Numbered from the stretch's first letter, positions 1 to 10,437 are shown. The stretch is DNA of 64,000 bases from Clostridia bacterium (GCA_017453255.1 JAFTKN010000010.1:3497-67496); one strand, 5' to 3'. The notes: generated from the sequence alone by a model not told the origin. Numbers and translations: made by a program.

Positions 1-482
1 ATTTTGTCACATTCCTTAACATATCTGTGAGTATCCTTGCTAACGACGGCATGTAAATCATTAATTTTAACACCTAATTTTTCAAGCTCAGGCACAATTA
101 TTTCATTAAATCTTTGAATTTTATCGTTGTGAGTCCATTCAAATTCATCCCAAACAGGAGTAGTGGTTGCAAAAATGACATTGGGTGTTACCTTCAAAAG
201 TAACCTTGCAATTCTTGTCATATTTTCAATATATTCTTTTTCAGAAGTAAAAAGTCCATCGTCAAAAATTTCAGTACAGTCCCATAGACCATTATTCCAA
301 TGTATAACGTCAGCACCCCTGATTCCATCTTGCCAATCAAATAAACCTCTTAACGTATATTTAGCAAATCGACAGTTGTCCTCAGGTTGCCAAACCTCAA
401 AATCATTTCCAAGTAACTCGGGCACCTTAGTACCATATCCCCATAAGCGAATAGAATCGCCAAGTAAAACAACCTTTTTCAT
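1..482 (-). CDS. SGNH/GDSL hydrolase (3' end runs off the window)
   Basis: Manual translation of the minus strand from ATG at 482: MKKVVLLGDSIRLWGYG...VIHWNNGLWD..., i.e. GDS block I and a WNxG block; GGAGG RBS upstream. Not in the ORF track because it is open at the window edge. Confidence 0.85.
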   Translation of the reverse strand, partial: MKKVVLLGDSIRLWGYGTKVPELLGNDFEVWQPEDNCRFAKYTLRGLFDWQDGIRGADVIHWNNGLWDCTEIFDDGLFTSEKEYIENMTRIARLLLKVTPNVIFATTTPVWDEFEWTHNDKIQRFNEIIVPELEKLGVKINDLHAVVSKDTHRYVKECDK

Positions 483-578
483 AAAAGCCTCCATAATTTA
501 ACTAATTTAATTATAATCAAAAGCTAAATTAAAGTCAACCCTAGCCTCACGGATTTATCGTTCCAAGACAAATGGATT

Positions 579-1037
579 TTACTCGCTCTTTTTTCTCTTA
601 CCAAAATAATCACTAATTGCTGCCACCTTGTCATAAAAGCAAACAAGCCAACCAAAATGTGTACGTGGTGGAGAAAGAGTCAATGGAAACATATGATGCT
701 TAATCATGTCAATTTCACGTACAGTCAAGCTATGAAAGTCTCTTAGAGCATTATTCAAGGCACGCTTTGGGTGTTTAATTCCGTGTAATCTGGTTTCTGG
801 TGCTTTAATTCGCCAATCATATAAATAATAGTCGTGAAGCAACGCACCTCGCAAAAGCTCCAAAACATCACCCTTTAAATGAAATCTTTTGTAATGCTTG
901 TAGCATAAATACGCAACCTTAATAGAATGGTCGTAAATGGTGCTTTTAATATGATGCCTAAATTTTTTTAGCTTTAAAAAGTTGTTAGTACAAATAATAT
1001 AACTAATAAGACTTAAAAACTCATTTTCGTAATTCAT
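579..1037 (-). CDS. HD-domain phosphohydrolase
   Basis: HH...YDHS...GALLHDYYLYDW...HP...HHMFPL motifs; start trimmed to MNYENEF (1037). Confidence 0.8.
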   Translation of the reverse strand: MNYENEFLSLISYIICTNNFLKLKKFRHHIKSTIYDHSIKVAYLCYKHYKRFHLKGDVLELLRGALLHDYYLYDWRIKAPETRLHGIKHPKRALNNALRDFHSLTVREIDMIKHHMFPLTLSPPRTHFGWLVCFYDKVAAISDYFGKRKKSE

Positions 1038-1251
1038 ATATATAGTGTAGTCAAAAAACAAATAAAATAGCATTCCAAATAGAGTATTTTCTGGGAAATA
1101 AATCAAATTTGCAAACAACGAATGAACATATTATCATATGAATAAAACATAATATGATAAAATTGACTGCTATGTTCACATTTTCTTAACAAATTATAAA
1201 CCTTTTACAAATAATACTATTATAAAATCATTATAAAGGAGGAGTGACGCT

Positions 1252-1923
1252 ATGATTAAAATTTTAATTGCAGAGGACGATAAGGATCTTAATCGTCTTG
1301 TATCAACCTGCTTACGCAATGAGGGCTATGATATAATTTCTTGTCTTGATGGTGAAAGTGCCCTCGAAAAAACGGAGAATACAAAATTCGACTTAATTCT
1401 TACAGATATAATGATGCCTAAAATGGATGGCTTTGAGCTTGCTGAAAATATACGACTCTTTGATAAGAATGTTCCAATAGTATTTATGACAGCAAAGGAC
1501 GACAAGCCTTCAAAAATGCTCGGCTATAAAATCGGAATAGATGACTATATTGTAAAGCCCTTCGATATTGACGTTTTAGTTATGAAAATTGGTGCAATTT
1601 TAAGACGTGCAAAAATTGAAACTGAAAAGGAAATCAAAATTGGTAATTTTCAAATGAATATTGTTGAGCATACAGCATCAATAGATGGTGAGGAAATTCA
1701 ATTAACAGTAAGAGAGTTTGATTTACTATTTAAGCTTTTATCTTATCCTAAAAAAACCTTTACACGGTCAGCACTTATGGAGGAATTTTGGGATTACGAC
1801 TCATCTGCAACCTCGAGGACAGTTGATGTTTATATGGCAAAGCTTCGTGAAAAAACATCTCAATGCACTGGCTTTGAAATTCTTACTGTTCACGGCTTAG
1901 GCTACAAGGCGGTGATTAAGTGA
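1252..1923 (+). CDS. OmpR/PhoB-family response regulator
   Basis: Receiver domain (AEDD, LTDIMMP, TAK) plus winged-helix (LTVREFDLL...RTVDVYMAKLR...VHGLGYK). Confidence 0.95.
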   Translation: MIKILIAEDDKDLNRLVSTCLRNEGYDIISCLDGESALEKTENTKFDLILTDIMMPKMDGFELAENIRLFDKNVPIVFMTAKDDKPSKMLGYKIGIDDYIVKPFDIDVLVMKIGAILRRAKIETEKEIKIGNFQMNIVEHTASIDGEEIQLTVREFDLLFKLLSYPKKTFTRSALMEEFWDYDSSATSRTVDVYMAKLREKTSQCTGFEILTVHGLGYKAVIK

Positions 1924-2966
1924 AAAATAAAAGACCAGGCAAAAGCTCCGTGTCTGTTGCAGGTGTTATCGCCTTTTTTGTTTTAGTTGCAGTAATTATA
2001 CAGATAGCGATTTTAACCTATGATTTTATAGAAACGAAAACTGAAAACAATGGACTCATTGCTATATTGGTTTTGATTCTTGTTGTTATCCTTTCGACTG
2101 TTATCATTTTGTGTGACATAATTCGTAGAAAGATTATGATAGACAAGCCAGTTAAAAAGATTCTTACAGCAACCGACAAGGTCGCTAATGGCGATTTTAA
2201 TGTTGAGCTTGAAATAGAGCATACTTTAAAAAATTATAACGAATACGATTTTATTATGGAAAACTTAAATAAAATGTTTTCTGAGTTGAGAAAAAGTGAG
2301 ATATTAAAAACCGATTTTATTTCAAATGTTTCTCACGAGCTTAAAACTCCACTGTTCGTTATTCAAAGCTATGCCAAACAGCTTGAAAAGGGTGGACTTG
2401 ATAAAGAAACGGAACAAAAATATGCAAAGTCGATAGTTGAAGCGTCAAAAAGATTGAGTGAGCTAATATCCAATATTTTAAAGCTCAACAAGCTTGAGAA
2501 TCAAGATTATATAAAAGAAAAGGAAAAGGTTAATCTCGCAGAGTCTATTGCAAACACAGTAATAAATTTTGAAGAGATAATTGAATATAAGGAAATAAAT
2601 TTAGAATGTGATTTAGATGACGTATGTGTAACATCAGTACCGAGCTATTTAGAAATTGTTTGGTCGAACTTGTTATCTAATGCGATTAAATTTACCGATA
2701 AAGGTGGACATATTAGAATTTCACTAAAAACTGAAAATTCACAGGCTATAATTAAATTTATCGACACAGGGTGTGGTATTTCCAAGGAAGAAGGAAAAAG
2801 AATATTTGAAAAGTTCTATCAGGCTGAAACCTCGCATTCTAAGGAGGGTAATGGCTTAGGACTTGCATTGATTAAAAAGGTTATAGACATCTTAGGTGGA
2901 GAAATCTCTGTTGAGAGCGAGGTTGGAAGGGGTAGTACCTTTACAATTATATTGGAGGGAAATTGA
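1920..2966 (+). CDS. HAMP-domain sensor histidine kinase
   Basis: Two N-terminal TM helices, HAMP, H-box VSHELKTPL, N-box NLLSNAIKFT, G-boxes DTGCGI and GNGLGL. Confidence 0.95.
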   Translation: MKNKRPGKSSVSVAGVIAFFVLVAVIIQIAILTYDFIETKTENNGLIAILVLILVVILSTVIILCDIIRRKIMIDKPVKKILTATDKVANGDFNVELEIEHTLKNYNEYDFIMENLNKMFSELRKSEILKTDFISNVSHELKTPLFVIQSYAKQLEKGGLDKETEQKYAKSIVEASKRLSELISNILKLNKLENQDYIKEKEKVNLAESIANTVINFEEIIEYKEINLECDLDDVCVTSVPSYLEIVWSNLLSNAIKFTDKGGHIRISLKTENSQAIIKFIDTGCGISKEEGKRIFEKFYQAETSHSKEGNGLGLALIKKVIDILGGEISVESEVGRGSTFTIILEGN

Positions 2967-2967
2967 A

Positions 2968-3879
2968 TTGAAGCAAAAAAATCCGCTACACGTGTTTATA
3001 AATCCGCCAAAAGCAATTAAAATATTGACAATTTTATTGACACCGTTGCTTGTTGCGTTATCAATAGTAGTGTTGGCTACAAATTTGCAAGAAACCAATC
3101 TATTTATCTTGGCTTATTTATCTTATGGATTATCTGCTTGTTTTCTTGCGTATTCTGTTTTTCTGATAGTGAAAAATAGAAAGAAAATAAGGGAACGTGT
3201 AGCTAATTTCGTTGAAAATAACGACGTAGCATACGTGTTAGTTAAGGATTTGGGCTATCGCAGTGTATTTATTGCTTGTTTCTCGTTGCTTTTCGGTATA
3301 GTTTATTCAATTATAAATGGTGTAATGGCAGCTTTATCAATGTCAGTGTGGTATTTATCTCTTGCAATTTATTATATTGCATTAGTAATAATACGAGGCG
3401 CTATTTTGATTTATCAAAAGAAAAAGCTTCAAGGCAGAAACAATAATTTGTCTTCAATAAAAACCTATCGTAACGCTGGAATAGCCTTATTACTAATTCA
3501 TGTGGCAATTACTGTTGCAGTATTACAAATGATATTAATAAATAAATTTTTCGAGTATCCAGGCTTATTGATTTATACAGCTGCGACGTATGCATTTTTG
3601 AAAATTACTCTATCTGTAATTAATATAATTAAAGTTAAAAAGCAAAAAGATTATACGATAAAGGCACTTTTATGTATAAATTTAGCCGATGCAGTTATTT
3701 CAATTTTAGCGTTACAGACGGCAATGCTTAACACCTTTGGACAAGGTGGTAACTATACTACGCTTGCAAACTCATTAACTGGTTCAGCTGCATGCTTACT
3801 TACATTAGCGCTTGGAATATATATGATAATTAAAGGACAAAAGGAAATTAGGCAGGAGTTAAATAATGGAAAAAAATGA
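2968..3879 (+). CDS. Multi-pass membrane protein
   Basis: About 7-8 hydrophobic segments; probable TTG start at 2968 after GGAGGG. Confidence 0.7.
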   Translation: MKQKNPLHVFINPPKAIKILTILLTPLLVALSIVVLATNLQETNLFILAYLSYGLSACFLAYSVFLIVKNRKKIRERVANFVENNDVAYVLVKDLGYRSVFIACFSLLFGIVYSIINGVMAALSMSVWYLSLAIYYIALVIIRGAILIYQKKKLQGRNNNLSSIKTYRNAGIALLLIHVAITVAVLQMILINKFFEYPGLLIYTAATYAFLKITLSVINIIKVKKQKDYTIKALLCINLADAVISILALQTAMLNTFGQGGNYTTLANSLTGSAACLLTLALGIYMIIKGQKEIRQELNNGKK

Positions 3880-4267
3880 ATTTAGGTTCACCTATAAAGC
3901 ACCTACAGAGGATGAAAGACGTGAAATTGCCGACATAAGAAGGCAATATACAGCAAAAGGCACCGAAGAAACAAAGCTCGATAGATTAAGAAAGCTTGAT
4001 AATTATGTGAATAATTTTTCCGTAATTGTAAGCTTAGTTATAGGCGTAGTTGGTACTTTAATTTTTGGTACAGGCTTGTCTGCAATTCTTTTAAATTGGT
4101 CGATTGCTTTAGGAATCATTTTGTGTATTTTAGGCTTTGTAGTAGCAATTTGTGCATACCCTGTGTATATAAAAACATTAAACTACAACAAAAATAAATA
4201 TGGTGATGAAATATTAAAGCTCTCCGAAGAACTATTAAATGAAAAAAATGAGGATACTGTTGAGTAA
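3866..4267 (+). CDS. Small two-TM membrane protein (paralog of 4393..4752)
   Basis: Shares Y...EETKLxxLxxLD...GxIGxLxxGxG...YPxxxK...KxxxEIxxLSxExL with the next gene. Confidence 0.75.
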   Translation: MEKNEFRFTYKAPTEDERREIADIRRQYTAKGTEETKLDRLRKLDNYVNNFSVIVSLVIGVVGTLIFGTGLSAILLNWSIALGIILCILGFVVAICAYPVYIKTLNYNKNKYGDEILKLSEELLNEKNEDTVE

Positions 4268-4392
4268 ACGACAGTATCCTTGCTTTTTTTACAAAACCTT
4301 AACAAAACATTTTCAAAACACTTACTTAATATTGTTTTTTTGCAAACAAATAGCGATTATAATGGTGTCACAAGGTTAAAACAGGAGACAAA

Positions 4393-4752
4393 ATGACAAA
4401 TCAAGAAATTAAATCAGTAAAAAAGATTTTAAGCACTTATAAGCTTAGAGAAGAAACGAAGCTGGAAAAGCTGAAAAGACTTGATAAAAGTGCAAAGAGC
4501 CCTGCAAGAATTTTTGCCTATGTTTTTGGTATAATTGGCTTATTGGTGCTTGGAACGGGAATGTGCTTTGCAATGGAGATACTTACCCAGCTTTCAATAG
4601 TTTCAGGCATAGTGATAGGCATAATCGGTATTTTAATTGTGACGATAAATTATCCACTACACAAGAAAATATTAAGACACGCAAAAAACAAAAAAGCAAA
4701 AGAAATAATTAATTTAAGTAATGAAATTTTAAATCAAAAAGGAGAAAATTAA
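4393..4752 (+). CDS. Small two-TM membrane protein (paralog of 3866..4267)
   Basis: Same motif pattern as the previous gene; AGGAG RBS. Confidence 0.75.
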   Translation: MTNQEIKSVKKILSTYKLREETKLEKLKRLDKSAKSPARIFAYVFGIIGLLVLGTGMCFAMEILTQLSIVSGIVIGIIGILIVTINYPLHKKILRHAKNKKAKEIINLSNEILNQKGEN

Positions 4753-4753
4753 A

Positions 4754-5008
4754 ATGGGAAAAATCAAGAACTTTTTCAAAAATGCATTCAAGGACATGAA
4801 ATCAAGTGCAAAGGCACAGCACGAGGTAGATAAGGCTAATTTAGAGGCTGTTAAGGCAGAATCCAAGGCAACATGGGAAGAGGCAAAAATGTCGCCAAAG
4901 GGACGTCAGGCTCTTATGCAGAAGGAAAGAGATGAGCAAATTGCTGAAGCAAAGCAAAGACAGCAAGAGGCAGAGGAAAGAATTCAATTCGCTAAAGAAA
5001 ATAAATAA
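4754..5008 (+). CDS. Hypothetical coiled-coil protein
   Basis: GGAG RBS; highly charged, helical-looking sequence. Confidence 0.65.
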   Translation: MGKIKNFFKNAFKDMKSSAKAQHEVDKANLEAVKAESKATWEEAKMSPKGRQALMQKERDEQIAEAKQRQQEAEERIQFAKENK

Positions 5009-5049
5009 AAAAAGCGAGGAGAAAATCTCCTCGTTTTGCCGTTAGAAAG

Positions 5050-6615
5050 ATGAAAAGACAAATAAAATATAATTTAAACAAAAAAACAGTAGAGCGTGAG
5101 GTAAACTATATCCCTGTACGATACATAATAGCGGTTCTTATGACGATTTTTGAAATTGTCGCTATAATAGGAGCAGTTGTATTGCTTTGCTATTTTGTTC
5201 CGTATTTTTATATAGCTGCCTTTATAACAGAAATAGTATGTATTGTAAGAATATCGGCATCAGATAATAATCCAGATTATAAAATTCCATGGCTTCTTGT
5301 GATAATATTTTTGCCAATAGCAGGCTTTATGCTTTACTTTATATTTTCAAAGAGAACCTTAAAAAGAAAATTTGTAAATCGCCTTGAAAAGATTGATAAA
5401 GCAACAGCTGTGATTGAAAATCATGAAGCAAAAAATAAGCTCGAAAAGGAAAATAAAACTGCAAGCCTACAAGCAAATCAGCTATGTAAGATAGCAAGCA
5501 CATCTCTTTACACAGATACAAAGCAGGAGTATTTTGAATCAGGAGAAAAAATGCATATAAAGCTCCTCGAGGATTTAAAAAGTGCAAAGGAATTTATCCT
5601 TATGGAGTATTTCATAATAGAGGAGGGAATTTTTTGGGATTCAATCCTTGAAGTCCTAAAGGATAAAGCATTAAATGGTGTTGATGTAAAGGTTATATAT
5701 GATGATATAGGTTGCATGGGAACATTACATGGAAGCTATTATAAAAAGCTAAGAAAAATGGGAATTGAAGCAACCACATTTTCGCGCTTAAAGGGAAATG
5801 CAGATAGTGAATTTAATAATAGAAACCACAGAAAAATCACAGTTATAGATGGAAAAATAGGCTACACAGGTGGAATAAATATAGCTGATGAATACATAAA
5901 TAAAAAGAATCGCTTTGGATATTGGAAGGACACAGGAATAAGAATAGAGGGAAACGCGGTAAATCAATTAACGAAGCTTTTCTTAATGGATTTTTATATT
6001 AATGTAAAGGAAGTGCCTGATAACCTTGAAAAATATTATAGATATGAAAAATCAGCACAAACAGACGAGTATTTAATCCCCTTCGGAGATGGACCACGCC
6101 CACTTTACGAGCACAATGTAGCAAAAATTGTTATCGAAAATATGCTTACCTCAGCAACAAAATATGTGTATATAACAACACCATATTTGATAATTGATAA
6201 CGAGCTTTGTAAATGTATCGAGAACACAGCTCTGAAAGGGGTTGATGTTAGAATTATAACCCCTCACATACCCGACAAACGCTTAGTTTTTAGCATAACA
6301 AGAAGCTTCTATTTGCGACTAATAAATGCAGGCGTAAAAATATATGAATATGCTCCTGGATTTATCCATGCAAAAACATATATTTCAGATGATAAATACG
6401 CATTAATAGGTACTATAAATTTAGATTATAGGAGTCTTGTTCACCATTTTGAAAATGGCGTTTGGATGTATAATTGCAAGTCGATATTAGATATCAAAAC
6501 TGATATAGATAACGTTATTGAAAAAAGTATCAAAATTGAGAAAAACACTATAAAAATCAATATACTAAAAAGAATACTTCGTTCAGTAGTAAGAATATTT
6601 TCTCCATTACTTTAA
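5050..6615 (+). CDS. cls: Cardiolipin synthase
   Basis: N-terminal TM region (PLDc_N-like WLLVIIFLPIAG) and two HKD motifs (NHRKITVIDG, HAKTYISD). Confidence 0.92.
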   Translation: MKRQIKYNLNKKTVEREVNYIPVRYIIAVLMTIFEIVAIIGAVVLLCYFVPYFYIAAFITEIVCIVRISASDNNPDYKIPWLLVIIFLPIAGFMLYFIFSKRTLKRKFVNRLEKIDKATAVIENHEAKNKLEKENKTASLQANQLCKIASTSLYTDTKQEYFESGEKMHIKLLEDLKSAKEFILMEYFIIEEGIFWDSILEVLKDKALNGVDVKVIYDDIGCMGTLHGSYYKKLRKMGIEATTFSRLKGNADSEFNNRNHRKITVIDGKIGYTGGINIADEYINKKNRFGYWKDTGIRIEGNAVNQLTKLFLMDFYINVKEVPDNLEKYYRYEKSAQTDEYLIPFGDGPRPLYEHNVAKIVIENMLTSATKYVYITTPYLIIDNELCKCIENTALKGVDVRIITPHIPDKRLVFSITRSFYLRLINAGVKIYEYAPGFIHAKTYISDDKYALIGTINLDYRSLVHHFENGVWMYNCKSILDIKTDIDNVIEKSIKIEKNTIKINILKRILRSVVRIFSPLL

Positions 6616-6640
6616 AAATCCGACTAAATGTCGGATTTTT
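6616..6640 (+). terminator. Intrinsic terminator after cls
   Basis: AAAATCCGAC-taaat-GTCGGATTTT inverted repeat followed by a T-rich tract. Confidence 0.75.
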
Positions 6641-6695
6641 CTTTTATATCATAAAGAAATATGCTATAATATAAAAAATAATATTGAGGTGAATA

Positions 6696-7445
6696 ATGAT
6701 AAATATTTCAATAGATAGATTAATGAAAAAGCTTGATGAGTATTTGGGTAAGAATGACTACTTATCAGCAGAAAAGCACTTGATATATTGGCTAAACGAA
6801 GCAAAAGCAGAAAACGACAAAAGAACAGAATTAACAATTACAAATGAGCTAATTGGTTTATACAGAAAAATATCAAACGAAAATAAAGCGATTGAATGTG
6901 TCGAAACTGCGATAGAATTGGTTTCTAAGTTAGAAATGGAAAAAGAGGTAAGTGGCGCAACAACTTATATTAATTGTGCAACTACATATAAGGCATTTGG
7001 AAGAGTAGAAAAATCAATAGATTTGTTTAAAAAAGCAAGAGACGTGTACGAAAAAGAGCTAAAATGCGATGACAGTCGCTTAGCAGGATTATATAACAAT
7101 ATGGCGCTAACCCTCGTTGATTTAAAGAATTTTGATAGTGCAATAAAATTATATAGAAAAGCTATTTCTATATTAGAAGAAAATAAAAATGGTGAGCTTG
7201 AAATAGCAATAACGTATTTGAATATAGCTAGCTGTCTTGAAGAAAAAATAGGAATAGAACAGGCAGAGCAAAAAATTAACGAGTGTGTGAATATAGCTCA
7301 GTCGTTAATAGATAGCTTTGAAAATAGAAATGGATATTATGCCTTCGTATGTGAAAAGTGTGCAGGGGTGTTTGGATATTATGGATATTTTGCGTATGAA
7401 AATGAATTAAAGAAGAGAGCAAGGAGAATTTATGAAGGGGCTTGA
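6696..7445 (+). CDS. TPR-repeat protein
   Basis: Repeated helical TPR-like units (ATTYINCATTYKAFG, AGLYNNMALTL, AITYLNIA). Confidence 0.85.
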   Translation: MINISIDRLMKKLDEYLGKNDYLSAEKHLIYWLNEAKAENDKRTELTITNELIGLYRKISNENKAIECVETAIELVSKLEMEKEVSGATTYINCATTYKAFGRVEKSIDLFKKARDVYEKELKCDDSRLAGLYNNMALTLVDLKNFDSAIKLYRKAISILEENKNGELEIAITYLNIASCLEEKIGIEQAEQKINECVNIAQSLIDSFENRNGYYAFVCEKCAGVFGYYGYFAYENELKKRARRIYEGA

Positions 7446-8373
7446 ATTATCTGAAAGATTTTATTTAGAATATGGTGTTCCTATGATAAAGGAGCAGTTT
7501 TCACACGTTGAAAATTTGCTTGCAATAGGTTTAATAGGAAGTGGCTCGGAATGCTTCGGATATGATGATAAAATTTCAACAGACCACGATTTTGAACCAG
7601 GTTTTTGTATTTTTATACCAGATGAGGAAATTTTTGATCGTAGAACTGAATTTCTGCTTGAAAGAGCATATGCAAAGCTTCCAAAAGAATTTATGGGTTA
7701 TAAAAGAAATATGCTAAATCCGGTAGGTGGAAATCGTCACGGAGTAATAAGAATTAGCCAGTTTATAAAAGAAAAAACGGGAACAAGTATCGCTAATATG
7801 ACTTGTTATGATTGGCTACATATATCTGAACAATCAATTTTGGAGGTGACAAATGGTAAGCTATTTTGCGACAATTATGGAGAATTGACAACCATAAGAG
7901 AAAAACTATCTTATATGCCTGAGGATATAAGACTGAAAAAGTTAGCTGGAAACCTTCTTGTTATGTGCCAGTCTGGACAATATAATTTTGAAAGATGTAT
8001 GCAAAGAAAGGAAACTGGCTCTGCACAGCTTGCATTGTTTGAATTTGTGAAAAGTACAATGAATGTAATTTTCTTGTTAAATAAAAAATACATACCCTAT
8101 TATAAATGGTCCTTTAAGGCACTACGATCATTAAAAGTGTTATCAAACCTTTCAAATGACTTGGAATACTTGATTAGTAGTGAAAATAACGACACTGAGT
8201 CAGCAAAAAAGCAAAAAATCATTGAAAAAATCTGCATGCAAATATTAACTGAGCTTGAGATTCAATCGCTATCAAAAGACGAATCAAAAGTTCTCGAAGC
8301 TCACGCCTATACAGTCAACAACAAAATCTCTTCTCCTGAAATTCGCAACTTTCATATTCTTACGGCAATATAA
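7432..8373 (+). CDS. DUF4037-type putative nucleotidyltransferase
   Basis: GSGSECFGYDDxxSxDHDFEPGF (GS + DxD of the Pol-beta NTase fold); PYYKW motif; overlaps the TPR gene. Confidence 0.75.
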   Translation: MKGLELSERFYLEYGVPMIKEQFSHVENLLAIGLIGSGSECFGYDDKISTDHDFEPGFCIFIPDEEIFDRRTEFLLERAYAKLPKEFMGYKRNMLNPVGGNRHGVIRISQFIKEKTGTSIANMTCYDWLHISEQSILEVTNGKLFCDNYGELTTIREKLSYMPEDIRLKKLAGNLLVMCQSGQYNFERCMQRKETGSAQLALFEFVKSTMNVIFLLNKKYIPYYKWSFKALRSLKVLSNLSNDLEYLISSENNDTESAKKQKIIEKICMQILTELEIQSLSKDESKVLEAHAYTVNNKISSPEIRNFHILTAI

Positions 8374-8412
8374 AGCATTGGGATTTTCCCAATGCTTTTT
8401 TGTTGTATTATG

Positions 8413-8441
8413 TTGAAAGCATTTGGATATTGTGATATAAT
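8413..8441 (+). promoter_or_regulatory. SigA-type promoter for tfoX/MATE
   Basis: TTGAAA-17 bp-TATAAT. Confidence 0.6.
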
Positions 8442-8614
8442 AAAAACACATTGTATCAATAAATTAACATTTATTGTGGTGTTTTCATTGATGGCTAAAA
8501 GGCGCTTCTGCGCCGTTGGCTCAAACCACTAACGGTCTCTGACCGTTTTCAAACACTTTCGTGTTTGCTTTTATAAAGTATTTTGCTAATAAAAAGAACT
8601 TGACGGAGAAAAGT

Positions 8615-8917
8615 ATGCCAAGCAGTAAAGCATATTTAGGATTTGTTTTAGAACAGTGTAATGGTCTTTCAGCTCGTGCTATGATGGGCGAATATGTGCT
8701 ATATTATGGTGGCAGGGTAATCGGTGGTATTTATGACAACCGATTGCTCGTAAAGATTACACCCTCTTCTATAAAAATCTTGGAAAACGCACCCAAGGAA
8801 CTACCATATGAAGGTGCAAAGGAAATGCTCCTTGTGGAAGATATAGAGAATAGAGAACTTTTAACAACTCTGTTCGAATTAATGTACGAGGAACTACCCG
8901 AACCGAAGAAAAAATAG
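8615..8917 (+). CDS. TfoX N-terminal domain protein
   Basis: MPSSKAYLGFVLEQ...RAMMGEYVLY...GGIYDNRLLVK...PYEGAKEM pattern. Confidence 0.85.
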   Translation: MPSSKAYLGFVLEQCNGLSARAMMGEYVLYYGGRVIGGIYDNRLLVKITPSSIKILENAPKELPYEGAKEMLLVEDIENRELLTTLFELMYEELPEPKKK

Positions 8918-8922
8918 GAGAA

Positions 8923-10251
8923 ATGATGATAAGAAAAATTAAGACTTCATTGTTAAGAATAAACTACAAGCTTTTTGTAGCCCTCTTAGTCCTTGCACTT
9001 GCACCGACGATTTACACAACTGTGCGTGTATTTTTTCTTGGTCAGCTACCAGGGGAGTGGTCGTTTTCAATTGCAGGTCAACTGTCGTGGGTGAATTTGC
9101 TCTATGAAATACTCAATGAAGCAATTGTTTTGCCATTGTTCTTTTTTGTAGGCAAGGTCAAGGACGATAAGGACAAATTTTCTAACAGAGTTAGAACAGG
9201 CATGCTAATATCGCTTGGAGCTTATGCCGTTCTTTCAGCCGTTGTTATTATTTTTGCAGAGCCGTTGTTAAGAATTATGGCTACTGATGCAAGCATTATT
9301 GAAGCATCCGCATCCTACATACGCATCGAGAGCATTGCAAATATCTTTTCGATTCTTACGCAATTTGCTCTTGTAGCGCTTGTTACAATTAACAAAAGTA
9401 AATATCTATATGCACTAACAGGAGCAAAGCTTGTTTTGTGCCTTACACTTGATACATTCCTTGTTTCAACCTTATCAGTATCGGCTAATCTTGGCATAAA
9501 CGGAATAGGCTATTCCAATATTATTGTAAACGCATTATTGCTTGTGGTGTCCATTATACTTCTTGCAAAGGAAGAAATTAAGGTCTTTGCTAAGGCAAAG
9601 CTCAATTTTTCTTGGGCAAAGGAATTTGCAAAAATCGGTGGCATTTCAGGTATTGAATCACTTGTGAGAAATGTTGCCTATATGGTTATGATTGCGCGAA
9701 TGGTTAATATGGTTAATGAGCAGGGAACATACTGGGTTGCAAATAACTTTATTTGGGGCTGGCTACTTTTGCCCGTGCTTCAGCTTGGAGAGCTTATTAA
9801 GCAAGAGGCTTCAACTGATAAGGAAAATGTCCGTCGCAACTCACTTGGCTATTTTGGTATCACTTCAATTATTTCGGTATTGTGGCTTGTAAGCATTCCT
9901 GCATGGAAGCCATTTATGACACATGTACTCGGCTTTACCGATGTGGATAAGCTGTTTAATCTTGTGATGCTTCTAATCGGCTTTTATGTGCTATATGCAA
10001 TTCAAAATGTGTTCGATTCCACATTCTACGGACTTGGAAAAACAAACTATATGCTCTTTGAGTCGGTAGTTACAAATACGATTTATTACGGAATTGCATT
10101 TATCCTTTACATAACAGGAGTATGGACTCCTACACTCACAGGAATTGCATTGCTATTCGGTATAGGAAACGCCTTTGATAGCATTGTATCGCTTGTGGCA
10201 TATGCCTTCTTACTCAAAAAAGAAAAAATCAATATTTTGAAGGTTGAATAA
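8923..10251 (+). CDS. MATE-like multidrug/Na+ efflux transporter
   Basis: 442 aa with about 12 hydrophobic segments in two halves. Confidence 0.75.
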   Translation: MMIRKIKTSLLRINYKLFVALLVLALAPTIYTTVRVFFLGQLPGEWSFSIAGQLSWVNLLYEILNEAIVLPLFFFVGKVKDDKDKFSNRVRTGMLISLGAYAVLSAVVIIFAEPLLRIMATDASIIEASASYIRIESIANIFSILTQFALVALVTINKSKYLYALTGAKLVLCLTLDTFLVSTLSVSANLGINGIGYSNIIVNALLLVVSIILLAKEEIKVFAKAKLNFSWAKEFAKIGGISGIESLVRNVAYMVMIARMVNMVNEQGTYWVANNFIWGWLLLPVLQLGELIKQEASTDKENVRRNSLGYFGITSIISVLWLVSIPAWKPFMTHVLGFTDVDKLFNLVMLLIGFYVLYAIQNVFDSTFYGLGKTNYMLFESVVTNTIYYGIAFILYITGVWTPTLTGIALLFGIGNAFDSIVSLVAYAFLLKKEKINILKVE

Positions 10252-10437
10252 AAAATACCCCTAAAATCCATGTAGGATTTCATGTGGTCTTGATAAAATT
10301 CCATTTTGCATAGTCACTTGTAACGAGACATTATGTGAGAAATTGCAAGAATTTTTGCCAAATTTGAAGAAAAATCGGAGGTTTTGAAAAGCCTCCGATT
10401 TTGTGTTTTATTAGAAAGAGTATGAGATATGCAGTCA

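Noticed and set aside
163-501. 112-aa plus-strand ORF
   Set aside because: Antisense shadow of the SGNH hydrolase gene on the minus strand.
542-566. TAGCCTCA plus a 14-bp reverse-complement match (ATTTATCGTTCCAA) to 10507-10520
   Set aside because: Short AT-rich match with inconsistent orientation; expected by chance in 64 kb.
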